A DNA stretch of 64,000 nt from Andalucia godoyi And28 (taxonomy: Eukaryota > Protista > Jakobida), in assembly GCA_009859145.1 (NCBI GenBank), contig VRVR01000020.1, positions 276,063 to 340,062 on the forward strand, given 5' to 3'. The position numbers and the translations under genes were made by a program. The notes under the pieces are model-generated. The model made no database searches, was not told the origin of the DNA, and worked only from the letters and a program-made list of their open reading frames with translations. Shown here piece by piece: positions 1 through 11,200 of the stretch; position 1 is the first letter of the stretch; each line of letters opens with the position of its first letter.

Positions 1-1088
1 GAGAGAGAGAGAGAGAGAGAGCTCCTGTATGTGTATGAGCATCTCGTTTGTTCTCATGTTGCTGGCTGGAATGACTTTGGGATGTCTGATGTCCTTCATT
101 ATTGTCGTGTTTTTTCCATGTTTTCTTCTTTCTCTCATATCGTACCATGCTGGAATTACCTATACCAGACTGTTGCTTTGTTCTGTTCTATTTTGTTCTG
201 CTACGTTTTTGGACTATGAATTATGGATGAATGATGATGATGCACACATGGATGTTTTTTGTTTTGTCGAGATGAACAGTCGTCATTCCGCGGCGAGTTC
301 TTGGATGTGCGTTTTTGCTAATGGACATGTAGCATACTTTGGCCTCTTTGGGCTGTAAAACTTTGAACATTATCGTCCCCTCGCTCTGAGTTTGTCCCGC
401 CCCGCGCGACAATCGCAAACTCCCAGAAATAATGCGTCGCAGATGATTCCAGGGAGAAAAAATAGCCGGACACGCACAGCCAATACATGAATCGTGATTG
501 ATCATCGGGCTAAGCTGTCCCCGAAGACAGGATCCCAAGCCACGTGTTTTTCATTTTTGTGGCGAGCACCAACTCCTCAATGCAGATTGCTCTGCATCAA
601 AGGGCCATCGCTTCTTCTTCTTGCTCTGCGCCTTCGACGAGAGGGGATCAGCGGGTTTCTTGGTTCTCGGCATCTTCAGGCATGGCCGGTGTGAGTTTGT
701 TGGGAAGATCCCTCTCTGGAGCCATGAGATGCCTTCTTTTTTGTCTTTGATGAAAGGTGCTGCTTGAAGGTTCGATCACGAACAACACAAACAGAAAGGA
801 CAAGGAAGTGAAAGAATGAAAAGGAATTTCCAGACTGCACTACGGTAGGAACATAGCGTCCCCGCCATAGGGTTCGATAAACAAAAACGTCCAGTATTAA
901 ATGTTGCCTGTTGGATGTTCAATGTTGAGACACGGAATCGGTCACCCACTTTTAACGAGAGAGGACTCCGTCCCGAAAAGGATGATCGAACTGCGCAGCG
1001 TTTCTCTTTTCCGAGCATTCTCTTTCCAGGTATCCACTGCTTCATTTTCCGTTTTCTTGGGTCTTTTCAAGGAATCATCCACATTCAG

Positions 1089-1946
1089 ATGGTGGACGTC
1101 GTGCAATTTCGACAATCGCTGTGGGCATCGTCGATCGTCTTGAATTTAACATTTGAAAAATTGGAAGGGATCGAAGTTCCTGCATTGATGGTCAACGTGA
1201 AGCGCATTTCGTACCTCTCGCAGCTGTGCACCAAGATTCGAAAGCACGTCTCTCTGTTCTTGCCCAAATCCGTTCTCGATGCAACATCTCCTTTGCTGGA
1301 GCCAGGCGCTTCACAGACTGGATCGCCCTTTCAATTTCTCTGGTTTTCGAGAGCAAATTCTGGATATGCGCAGCAGCAGCAAGCCGTCGTTGCATGGCAC
1401 TATCCCATTGGAGTTCTTGTTCCAGAATCCTCGTCTTCTGGACTTGCGACGTTTCGCGTGTGCTTTGGAAAGAATCTTCCGGATAGTGTGATGGACCTCG
1501 AAGCAGAAGGTGCTCTTCGATCGTTGTTCTTCGATTCGTTGAAGCAAGCATCGCAGTGCGTCTTTGGCACCACGCAGCCCATCATGACTCTGTCCACTTC
1601 CGATGGCCGTGTGTTGTGGGACTCATTCTCACTTTCTGATTTGTCAATGTATCTCCCTGTGCGAAACAAGCTGTTTGAACGACCAACAGTGGGCGCGATC
1701 CTCATGGTGCATTTTGCGGATGACATGAAATGTCCTCTGACTCGGAAATTGACAGACGACGTGCTGTCCAGGTCTCTGGTGGAAGCATTTCCAGATACAT
1801 TTGACGCGAAGGTTTCAGTCGTGTCGATCGCGGGATGTGTTGTGGATAAGAAAGTGTGGAAATCCTGTGCAATTCGAGATCTTGTTGGTTACGCTTCTTC
1901 GCCCGATTTGTTCTTGCGCATTCAGGTTGCATCTGCGTATGCTTAG
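1089..1946 (+). CDS. ATG5: Autophagy protein 5 (Atg12 conjugation target)
   Basis: Within ORF 915..1946. Motifs match ATG5: MVNVKRISYL (~LLPRVSYL), WHYPIGVL, FFDSLKQA (conjugation Lys kept, ~FMSCMKEA), C-terminal PDLFLRIQV. ATG at 1089 (MVDVVQFRQSLWASSI) fits the ATG5 N-terminus better than the ORF start. Confidence 0.9.
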   Translation: MVDVVQFRQSLWASSIVLNLTFEKLEGIEVPALMVNVKRISYLSQLCTKIRKHVSLFLPKSVLDATSPLLEPGASQTGSPFQFLWFSRANSGYAQQQQAVVAWHYPIGVLVPESSSSGLATFRVCFGKNLPDSVMDLEAEGALRSLFFDSLKQASQCVFGTTQPIMTLSTSDGRVLWDSFSLSDLSMYLPVRNKLFERPTVGAILMVHFADDMKCPLTRKLTDDVLSRSLVEAFPDTFDAKVSVVSIAGCVVDKKVWKSCAIRDLVGYASSPDLFLRIQVASAYA

Positions 1947-2453
1947 AAAAGACCGGGCCCCGTTGGCGAGGCTGGGTTGTTGCATGTGCGTTATCCATAG
2001 TAAATGTACAGATAAGTAGGTTGACTGTGAGTTCGGAGGGATCCAGGCATGAGAAACCGTCTCTCTGATGGCTTCCAGTGGACGGAGACGATCATCACGA
2101 GAAGATAAAGTAAGAAGTCAAGGCACTGTCGCTTAAACACTCAAGCAGCAATAATAATAATAACAATAATAATAACAATAATAATAACAAAAATAATAAC
2201 AAAAATAAAAATTCAGCAAATCAGGAATCATATCTTTAATCTGTCTACATACCAATTAGGTTTGGTTACATTTGGGGTTGGGGTTGGTCTGCTATTTTGC
2301 TCTCTCGCAAAATACAGGAGTCATCATAGTTTAAAACAAAAAACCAATAGTGAAGGAAATCATGAAGAGAGGAGAGAAGGTGGGGAGGAGCAGGAAGAAA
2401 AATGGGCGCACAGGAAAGAAGTGGCAGGCACCTCTGACACCGCCACAACAAGA

Positions 2454-4883
2454 TCACGGCCTGTTCTTTCCAAAGTCCGCGGGGTCATGTCGGAAAGTGC
2501 AGGCATCTCCTCGAGAACAGCGGCCATCCATCCAATAACGACAAGGAAACTTTTTGTACGGCCCCTGGTGGTTCGACGGTGTTCCAGCGGATCCAGAAGA
2601 CGCAGACACATACGACGACGACGAGAAGGAAGACACGGCGGCAGCTTTTGCTGCACCATACGGGACTTGCCCGGATGATGGCGCAGAACCGTACAAAGAG
2701 CTGGTCACGGCGGCCGGAAGAGACCCGTAGGCAGGATACTGCTGATGCGTCTTCTCGTGGAAGGACTGGCTGGACGGATTCGACTGGTACGGCTGTGATG
2801 TGGAAGGATGAAGCTGTTGCTGCAGGCTGGAGGGAATGCCAGCAGCTGGACTAACACCGTATGGACGCTGGCTCCCAGACTGCGCTGTGTGCATCGAGGC
2901 GGTCGACGCCTGAGAATGCGAAGCATTGTTCTGGAGCAATGCTGCAAGCACAGAGGCTTGCGGATTCGGTACTACGGATGGCGGCGGGTGGACGGAAGAC
3001 TTCGTTGCACCACTCAACATCTGCAAAAGTGCATTGTTTGCTTCTGCTTGTCCAGGAGAAATCGTCTGCACGGGATGGCTATGCACCTGAGATTGCGCTT
3101 GTACAGGGGCGCTGCTAGTCGACCGCATGGGCTGCTGAGCATTTTGCGGCTGGGCACCAAGAAGCAACTGCAACGCGTTAAATTGAGAATTCGGCATCAC
3201 AGGAGCGGAGACAGCAGCCGCATTTTGCGCAGCATTCTGAGTCAAAGACTGCAGCAGCGCCTTTCCAGGGTTGACGGCAAACGATGCTGCAAGCGGCTGC
3301 ACAACCTTTGCTCGGACTGGTTCGACGGGAATCACGGGGGTCTGAATGCGATTATACATTAAAACATCAGCCGGGATAGGGTTCTGGTGGAATAAAATGG
3401 ATCCTCGCTCTGGGTCGCTGGGTCGCTGGGAAGGTGGAAGATGGCCAATCGGAGGAATGGTGGCAGTACGCTGTCGTTCCGCCAGAACAAACTCTGTTAC
3501 GGGCGCATCCCACGCCTTGGGATTCGCAGGTTGTCCAGGCTTCATCGGTACCCGATAGGCACCCGTTACCTCTGGAGGAGATCTCCAAGGGATCTGCGCG
3601 GTCATCGACTGGACTTTAGCTTCCAGCTGCTGATCGCGCTTGGCATAATTGCTCACGCCTGGAATTGGTGCACTGATGATAGCTGGGATGATCGTCGTCT
3701 GGCCGTAGACACTTCCCGCAGATCCTTGCGTCAGCAACTCCGCTCGGCGACGCGATAGTGTCGGATCCGATTCTTCCAGCTGCACAACCGGTTCGTCTCC
3801 CTTGAAGAAAAACCGCGACCGAGTCAACGCCGCCTCCTGAGCCCACCGCAGCGCCCCACCCGCACCGGCAGGCCCGCCTTTCCCGTTGGTTGAAAACAAC
3901 GACGCGGCAGACGCTTCTCGTGACGAAGCCGCCGTGGGTGTCGGTGCCAATACCGGCTGGTGAGAACTTAAGAAATTCATATTGCCACTAGTAGTACCAA
4001 TGGTCGTTGTTGCTGTTGTATTATTTGCATTCGATGGAGACGGAATGCCGTCCCCAGCATCGCTCTCCGACGGGTTTGCAGAACTTTGCATTTGTACAAT
4101 TCTCTTGTTCCTATAGGCCGAATGGCGTGCAATGTCGAGTAAGTTCTCGTAGTACCGGTCCGTCTCAGACTCGGACATTTCGAGCAAATTGGTAGGTTGC
4201 TGCTGTGCAGCCACCATGGGATCTTCCACGGGCTGTTCCAGGGCGTCCTCTTGGATCTGCTTGGGGATTGGTGCAAGCGGAATGAGGGCCATTGCATTGG
4301 AAGAACTGATTCTCTTGAGCACGGAGCGAAAGCGATGCCCATTTTCCTCGAAAAACACCCCAGTTCTTTCTGGCAGCACCGGGGACACGGGACCCTGCGC
4401 TTGAATGCCCTGCCCATCCACATTCTCACCGGCATTTTCATCCACGGCAGCGCCCGATCGAAATTTCTTTGCAGCTGAGGACGATGCATCCGTGGACGGA
4501 CTTGGGGCCCTGGGTCTCTTTGCCAGTGTTCTCCAGAATCCCAGCAGCTTCTCTGCAGACTGATTTTGCGATTTTCGATGCAGATCCTGCACAGTCTTGA
4601 AGATGCGAGAATCCTGCAACATTTCCATTGTGATTGGCAGCATTCGCAAAAAGTCGAGGACCTTTTCGACGTTCGCTACATTTCCAGAGCCACTAGCATT
4701 GCTGCTGAGATCATGCAGTATGCTGCGCACTCGTACCAAGCCTTCCATATCGAGAAACAATGGCAATGCATCTGGATTGGAGTCCGCGGTCTGACAGAGA
4801 TCGTCATAGTCGCCACTCCCAAGCGCATCCAGGAGATGCTTTGCAGATTCTTCATGGGCTATTCTGGACGGCATGTCGTCCAT
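2454..4883 (-). CDS. PPP1R10: PNUTS/PPP1R10-like PP1 nuclear targeting subunit (TFIIS N-terminal domain + CCCH zinc finger)
   Basis: 809-aa ORF. N-terminal TFIIS-N-like helices (VLDFLRMLPITMEMLQDSRIFKTVQDL...AEKLLGFW), central LRWAQEAALTRSRFF block in the position of the PNUTS PP1-docking segment, IPWRSP and AERQR segments, low-complexity tail, C-terminal CRYWMDGRCSRGDACTFRH (C-x7-C-x5-C-x3-H). Confidence 0.75.
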   Translation of the reverse strand: MDDMPSRIAHEESAKHLLDALGSGDYDDLCQTADSNPDALPLFLDMEGLVRVRSILHDLSSNASGSGNVANVEKVLDFLRMLPITMEMLQDSRIFKTVQDLHRKSQNQSAEKLLGFWRTLAKRPRAPSPSTDASSSAAKKFRSGAAVDENAGENVDGQGIQAQGPVSPVLPERTGVFFEENGHRFRSVLKRISSSNAMALIPLAPIPKQIQEDALEQPVEDPMVAAQQQPTNLLEMSESETDRYYENLLDIARHSAYRNKRIVQMQSSANPSESDAGDGIPSPSNANNTTATTTIGTTSGNMNFLSSHQPVLAPTPTAASSREASAASLFSTNGKGGPAGAGGALRWAQEAALTRSRFFFKGDEPVVQLEESDPTLSRRRAELLTQGSAGSVYGQTTIIPAIISAPIPGVSNYAKRDQQLEAKVQSMTAQIPWRSPPEVTGAYRVPMKPGQPANPKAWDAPVTEFVLAERQRTATIPPIGHLPPSQRPSDPERGSILFHQNPIPADVLMYNRIQTPVIPVEPVRAKVVQPLAASFAVNPGKALLQSLTQNAAQNAAAVSAPVMPNSQFNALQLLLGAQPQNAQQPMRSTSSAPVQAQSQVHSHPVQTISPGQAEANNALLQMLSGATKSSVHPPPSVVPNPQASVLAALLQNNASHSQASTASMHTAQSGSQRPYGVSPAAGIPSSLQQQLHPSTSQPYQSNPSSQSFHEKTHQQYPAYGSLPAAVTSSLYGSAPSSGQVPYGAAKAAAVSSFSSSSYVSASSGSAGTPSNHQGPYKKFPCRYWMDGRCSRGDACTFRHDPADFGKNRP

Positions 4884-5951
4884 TTATAAAGCGATGAACT
4901 CAGAAGGGTTTTTTTTTAAAAAAAAAAGCAAAGGAGCTAAACGATGGAAGAGTAAAAAAGAAAGAAAGGAATTACACAAAAAAGAATGAAATCGAGTGAA
5001 ACGAAAACAGGAAGAACGAATGACTCGTGCCAGTTCTTGGGGAGCAATGGGTCAAACAAGAGAGTGCTGTGGAGAAGGCGGAAAGTTAAAGGAAAGGAAA
5101 ATAGAGAGGAAAGAGGATCCAACACAACGTTCTTTTTTTTTTGTTAGGTGTGTTTTTCCTTCTTCTTTGGAAACGTAGGTCGAGTAGTATAGAAGACTAT
5201 TTGATATTCTTGTTTTACACAACCGTGCAATCCCCTGGATCTTTTTCTTTTAAAAAAAAAAAACTCTCTCTCACAGACACACACACACACACACTCGCTC
5301 GCACGCACGCACGCACGCAACAAGCTGTGAACTAAACAAAAAGTGGCAAGCCGCCGACGGAGACACGCCGACGCCCCACTCAATGACAAACAAAAAAATG
5401 TAAGGATAAAAAAGACAGGCTTTTCCAGAATCTTAGACAAGCGAATACCTTCTTTTCAAAAGAAACTTCAAAAAGAAAATGAACACCTCCCCTTCTGAGA
5501 ACGAATTCAACAAACAACTACTGGAAAAACAAAAACCAAAAAAATGCAAAAACAAAAGAAGAACAAAAGAGAGGAAGTGATCGAGGCATTTCGCGAGTTG
5601 TGGTGCTTTTGGGACACTGGGGGAAACACGGAAGAAGGTGATGGTGTTGGATTCGGGGACTTTTGGAGACACGTGAAATTCTCCGTCTGGGGTCTTTTCA
5701 AGTGTCGTCTTACACACGTCTTGTGTGTACGTCCTACTATAACAGTCCTCCAGAGCAGTACGACCGCTACTCGTTACCTGTTTTTTCTTCTGTCTTTTTA
5801 TCGCAGTGGAGCATTAGGCAGCAAGCGCCGCGCAGGGCATGATAGTCGTTACACACATACACACGTGCCCGCGCATACCGCCACATGCATGCCTACGTAT
5901 CACGTACAGCATATCCTTCCTCACATATTGACGTTCCGCCGTCTCTTTTTC

Positions 5952-6761
5952 TCATTGCGCGCTTTGGACACCGAATCTCTGTGCACGCTTGAGTTTTTGC
6001 TCGTCCGTTGCGAGTTTCGCGACAGCCAGTTTGATCACCTGCGTCTCTTCCTTTTTCTTGTCCGTCTTTTGTGCAGTCTGATCCTGATCCTGATCCTGAT
6101 CCTTGCTCTGGCCGTGGCTCTTGTTCTGATTCTTTTCCGCGACACCAAACCTGGCAGCTCTCGCGGCTTCCTTCTCACTCTGTGCAGGATCCTTCTTGGG
6201 CACTGCTGAGACTGCAGGGACGCTTGGTACGGCCGAGACTCCGAACCGCGCCGCACGCGCCAGTCGCTTGCTTGCAGCTTCATCATCCTCTCCTGCAGTC
6301 CCACTGTTGGATGCTGTCAACAAGGACACTTTCGCTGCAGGACCACTTACATCATGAGGATGAGTATCAGTCACGGGCCGCTTGACACCTGCTCCACCAA
6401 TACCACCACTCGGAGGTGCACGTGGCGGAGACGACGATCCAGAGCCCGGCGCCAACGACGTCTCACTCGTCTTCGTGCCGCGGCCATTCGCAGAACCCGC
6501 AGCAGACGTAGATGATGAGAGAATGGGCTTGGCAAGTACATCTTGGAACTCGGCCTCCATTTCCTCCTCAAACGTCTTGTCCGACGATGTCGTCGGTGCT
6601 GCAGTGGTGGTAATGGCGGCGGAAACGTCTTCAGTACCGGTGCCCAAGTCATCGGTTGGTCCATTGCTCATGATCGCGGAAGAGTCCGAGGCAGAAGGAG
6701 CTGCATCGGAATCAGATTTTGATGTCGTCGCGGCTTTCTTGGTGGTCTTACGAGGCGGCAT
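5952..6761 (-). CDS. Tho1/MOS11/SARNP-like mRNA export factor (repeated R-A-x-R-F-G motifs)
   Basis: Three motifs RLARAARFG, AARAARFG, KLKRAQRFG in a low-complexity protein, typical of the Tho1/MOS11 C-terminal region. Start chosen at MPPRKTT (ATG 6761); upstream in-frame ATGs exist. Confidence 0.7.
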   Translation of the reverse strand: MPPRKTTKKAATTSKSDSDAAPSASDSSAIMSNGPTDDLGTGTEDVSAAITTTAAPTTSSDKTFEEEMEAEFQDVLAKPILSSSTSAAGSANGRGTKTSETSLAPGSGSSSPPRAPPSGGIGGAGVKRPVTDTHPHDVSGPAAKVSLLTASNSGTAGEDDEAASKRLARAARFGVSAVPSVPAVSAVPKKDPAQSEKEAARAARFGVAEKNQNKSHGQSKDQDQDQDQTAQKTDKKKEETQVIKLAVAKLATDEQKLKRAQRFGVQSAQ

Positions 6762-6991
6762 TTCTCTCTCTGTGTGTCTCTGTTTCTGTGTGCGGGCTGT
6801 GAACGTATCTTTCTGTTTATGATTGCGACGCGGCGTAGTTGCAGTCATTCCCCTCTTTTTGCTGCTGTTGAATATTTGAAGTTGTTGCGAGGTTAGGACT
6901 TCCAATCACTACGACTGCGGAGCTGCCTTCTTTTCTTTGTTTTTTCTTTCCCCCTTTTTTTAAAATTACTGTTCTATGGACCACTATTCTT

Positions 6992-7546
6992 TCATGTCGT
7001 ATGTTTTAGTCGGTCTCGCAGACCTGCCATTGCAATTTTGCTTTGGTTTCTCGCCTGCACCGCGATCTTTTCTGCTTCCGCGATGTTGGACATGTATCGG
7101 TTCTGGAACGGTGCGATGTCCTTTTCAAACATTGCGATCCACTCCTTATTTTCGCGGATTCTCTTTTCGAGTTCTTTCTTCCTCTTCTCGAGAAACTCAA
7201 TTTGCTTTTCAAACTCGTCGATCCCGTCGCGGTCAGCACGGACATCCACGGACAGATGCTGCATGTCTGCCTGCAGTCTTTCGATTCCTCCTCCAATCTC
7301 CGACGCTGCCTTGTTCAGCTTCCACGTCGCCTTTTCTTGCTCTCGAAGTGCTTCCAAGCTATTCCCACTCCCACTCCCACTCCCACTGTCACTGCTATGA
7401 CTCGGAGATCGCCGCGGCTGTGTAGGTATGGAGACGGCTGTCTTTTGCGCATAAATTGGCGGTGGAAGCTGTGTGTGACGCTGCTGCGATATACCCGCAT
7501 TCATTTGTGCGCGCAACTCTGAACTTCGTGTGCCTTTTGCCTCCAT
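6992..7546 (-). CDS. Uncharacterised coiled-coil protein, 184 aa
   Basis: ATG-initiated ORF with a disordered N-terminus and a heptad-rich C-terminal half (IDEFEKQIEFLEKRKKELEKRIRENKEW); flanked by AT-rich intergenic DNA. Confidence 0.7.
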   Translation of the reverse strand: MEAKGTRSSELRAQMNAGISQQRHTQLPPPIYAQKTAVSIPTQPRRSPSHSSDSGSGSGSGNSLEALREQEKATWKLNKAASEIGGGIERLQADMQHLSVDVRADRDGIDEFEKQIEFLEKRKKELEKRIRENKEWIAMFEKDIAPFQNRYMSNIAEAEKIAVQARNQSKIAMAGLRDRLKHTT

Positions 7547-8214
7547 GTCTCTTGCTTCACAATCGCACTCGCAGCAGCCAGTGGCTTCCTATTCTTCTTT
7601 TAGTTTTTTGCTTTGGACAAACACAATCGATTTGAGGGAGTGCTAATGTTGTCTGTTTTGAATTTCGAATGGGAAAAGCAGACAGAAAACGAAAAAAGAT
7701 AAACGAAGAAGAAAACTTTAAAAAAAATGAAATTTCGGTTGGCTCGTTGGCGCTCAGGAATCCGAGAAAAGCAAAAAAGAAAACAGAGAAAGAGAAAGAG
7801 AAAGAGAAGGGCGTGAGGGGGTCGAGGCTGGAAATGGATAGATTGACAAGATATGATGGACTGCGGGGACGTGACCGTTACGGATCCTTTCCACAATTTT
7901 TTTCTGCTTTTGGAGCAGTTTTCGTGTCTCGCACTTTTCATTTTCTGTCGGGTCGTCTTATTGTTTTGCTGTCCTTGCTATTTTTGTTATAGGTTTGTTT
8001 CTTCCTCTGTTGTTTTGTTTTGTTTTTTGGTTTGTTTTTTCGTTTCAGGGCTCGTTTTTTTCATTAACCTGGTTCTTACCATTCATTATTCATACGTTTA
8101 TCACACTGTTTTGTTTTTGTTTCGTGTATCGTATCTTACCATCTGTTCCTTCCTTTCCTTCTTCGTGTTGCTGAGCTTCTTCGCCATCGAACCACAACAA
8201 CAAGGAAAAGAAAC

Positions 8215-11200
8215 ATGTTTAACACACCTGCTTCGAACAAGGAGAATGTGGCAGTGAGCATCTTCTCGCCGTTGTCCGACTCGCCGGTTCCGGTGCTTTT
8301 GGTACCGAAGAAGCGATCCGTTTCGCAGCACAACCCCAGTGCGCTGGCCAACATCACTAACCAACATACTGCGAACGTCAACATTATGAGCAACATTAAC
8401 ATCAGTAACAACAAACCAGTGGCCGATGCACTGCTGGAGCTTACGGACGCACTGCCTACTGCCCACTTGGATTTTGGAATGCTTCTCCCGTCGTCCCCGG
8501 AAATGTCGCTTGTGCTGCGACTCAGAAACGTGTCTTCACGAGCACTTGTTGTGTCGTTTGAGCGGTTTCCATTTGGATCTGGAATGGGTGTCGCGGATAC
8601 GACTGTGACGGTTCGAGAGCATACTGAACGAGACATTGCAATTACGTTTGCAGTCGATCGTGTTCCCGACACAAAGGATGCTGTCGTCTGCTCCTTTTCT
8701 GCAGTCATCCGCGACGTCAGTGCAAGTGGGGACACTGGAAAAGAGATTACCAGAGCGAGAGTAGCACTTCGGGCAGAGGTGAATCGATTTGGCGGCGCCA
8801 GAAAGAGGTCCTCGAGTACAAGCGGGAATGGAAGCGGCAACACGGTCCAGCCAGCTGCAAAGAGAAGATCTGCTGACCAGCAAGCAGACAAGAGTGAAAT
8901 CCTTAGCGGCGATAGGAATGGAGAGTATGCAGTGCCCGTTCGGAACAGCCGAGTTGTACGGAATCCGAAGGGCGAAAATCAGAAAGCAGCCTCCAACAAA
9001 TCAGCCCCAGGAATTGATGCCATTGTAGCTAGCGGCCGCGGTGCCGTATTTCGGTCTGAGGGTTTCTGGGATAAGCAGGAGTTTGCGCTTTCTCAGCTAT
9101 GGAATCGACTGGTCGTTGGATTCCATGCGCCTTCTGTGAATTCCGTGAACCGTGTGGCTGCTGCTGGCGATCTGGTGCCTGTTTTCATGAACGTTCTCGG
9201 CACCGAGGCAGGACTGTTCCGGTGCATCGAGGCATTCATGGACGCCAAATGGGACGTCCTTGTTGCAGGAAGCAAGGAATATGACTCTGTGGATGTGGAC
9301 CATCGACGAACGATGGCAAATGTGCTTTCGTGGATCGAGCCCGGAGTATGGGATGCGTGCTTTCAAGTGCTATATCCCCATGCGCCGCAAAAGAGACACG
9401 GGCTGCTTGAGTGCAACATCCGAGAGATCATGATGGCTGTCATTCTCGTTGACACGGCTCTCACGCGATCTGGTGTCACGCACTCCATTCGCGTCTTTGC
9501 CGAAAAATCCCCGGTGAATTCCACGCACGGATTTCTGTCGGCGATGCTGAAGCATTTTTCTGGTCAGCCAGCGTCATTCTTGTCACAAATGCGCATTGCG
9601 ACGGCGTTTCAGTTGTCGTATGCAGATCCTTTGATGGCGGCGTCATCGGAGAACTTGCGTGTCACTGACATTGTTGCAGATCTTCGAGAGCCGACGCGCT
9701 GGATTGCACTGGCATCGTGGACCGCGAAAATGCCGATCGGTTCTTGGTGTGAGAAATGGGGCGTGCGTCGAGAGCTGCTTGGATCCCGCATTCGAACGAA
9801 GAAGTCGCGCGTCGCACTGGTTGCAAAGGCTGTGGAGAGCATCCTGCAGTCTTCCTCTTCTTCGTCTGCTTCTTCGGAGAATGCCAAGAAAGCCGTGCTT
9901 GCAGCGCACAGCAAGACGTCGAATCGCGACTCTAGTGACAACAAGAAAAACGACGCAATCGATTTTGCAGAACTATTTGCAGAGGACATCCTCCACGGAC
10001 ATCGCGATGCGACGGTCGCACTGCTGTGGCGTGTCTTCGGAGAGCATGTCATGAACGACTCAGTGATTCCCGTTTCATGGCTTCTCGCGAATGCAGCTGT
10101 GTCCCAAGACAAGAGCCATTTATCGTGCAGCGGCTGGGAAGAGGCGCTTCGAATGTGGACGTGTTCTGCGTTGCGCATCGCTTCGTCCGAATGGATGAAG
10201 CTTGACAGCGATGCATTCTGGCGAGCAGCCTTCAAGAAGGGCGCGATTTTCAACACGATTCTAGACGCATACGTTTGTCGCCGTTCCAAGGATGACAAGA
10301 ATGCAGATTTTGAGGGTGAGGAACCGTGGAGAATCTTTGTTCGGCGGATCCGTCAGCTTGATCCACTGACACCGATCTTGCTCTCGGCATCAGACATGTT
10401 CGACTCCTCCGGATCTGACACATCGTCATTTGTGCATCCCACTGTGATTCGGGCGCAGGTTGCGCTTACTGCAGCCGTCCTGTATCACCAAGAATCACTT
10501 CGCCGAGCTGTGCAGGTAGTGGAGAAGTTGCGGCAAAAGAAGAATGCGTGCAGAGCCAAGGCACGATCTACCCTGCAGCGATTTGGAAAACGAGTGGTCT
10601 TGATGCGACGGTCGGCAATCAAGATTCAGGGTGCAGTGCGAATGCACAAGCAGCGTAGCGAGTATCAGAATGTCAGGCGTGCAACGGTTCGCGTGCAAAG
10701 CGTCATGCGAATGGCGATTCAGCAGGCTCGATTCCATAAGCTTCGAAACGCAACCCTGTGCGTGCAAGCTCTTTTCCGGTTTCGAAAAGCCCGACAAGCA
10801 GCAACCGCTCTGCAGTCTGTTTTCCGTGGATTCTGCGCTCGCAAACTGCTCGCCGAGCTGCGGCACCAGAAGCTTCGCGAAGATTCTGCGGTTCGCATTC
10901 AGAACATGTACCGCTCATTCTGTGCCAGGAATGTTCTCCGCGATCTGAAGCAGGCTCGCAAGGAAAGACTCGCAGCGTCCCGTATTCAATCTGTGTTCCG
11001 CTCGCACATGGCTCAGCAGATTCTTGCACAACTCAAGCAAGCTCGCTTGGAACTGATGTCTGCCATCAAGCTGCAATCTGTGTTCCGATCCTACAAAGCT
11101 CGATGCTTGCTTCGTGAGCTGCAACAGGCAAAACTGGAACTGGATTCTGCGATCAACATCCAGTGTGCTTTCCGCGTGTTCCGCGCAAAGCGGGAATTGG

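Noticed and set aside
221-1045. Minus-strand frame open from 1045 to 221 except for two TGA codons (776-778 and about 553-555); considered selenocysteine or readthrough
   Set aside because: No recognisable homology, the 780-840 part looks like a pyrimidine-rich intron or UTR, no SECIS was recognised, and TGA is an ordinary stop elsewhere (e.g. SEC16). A small spliced gene cannot be excluded.
5544-6209. 221-aa plus-strand ORF, and many similar 60-250-aa ORFs overlapping real genes
   Set aside because: Antisense or alternate-frame shadows of confidently assigned genes, or translations of low-complexity intergenic DNA.
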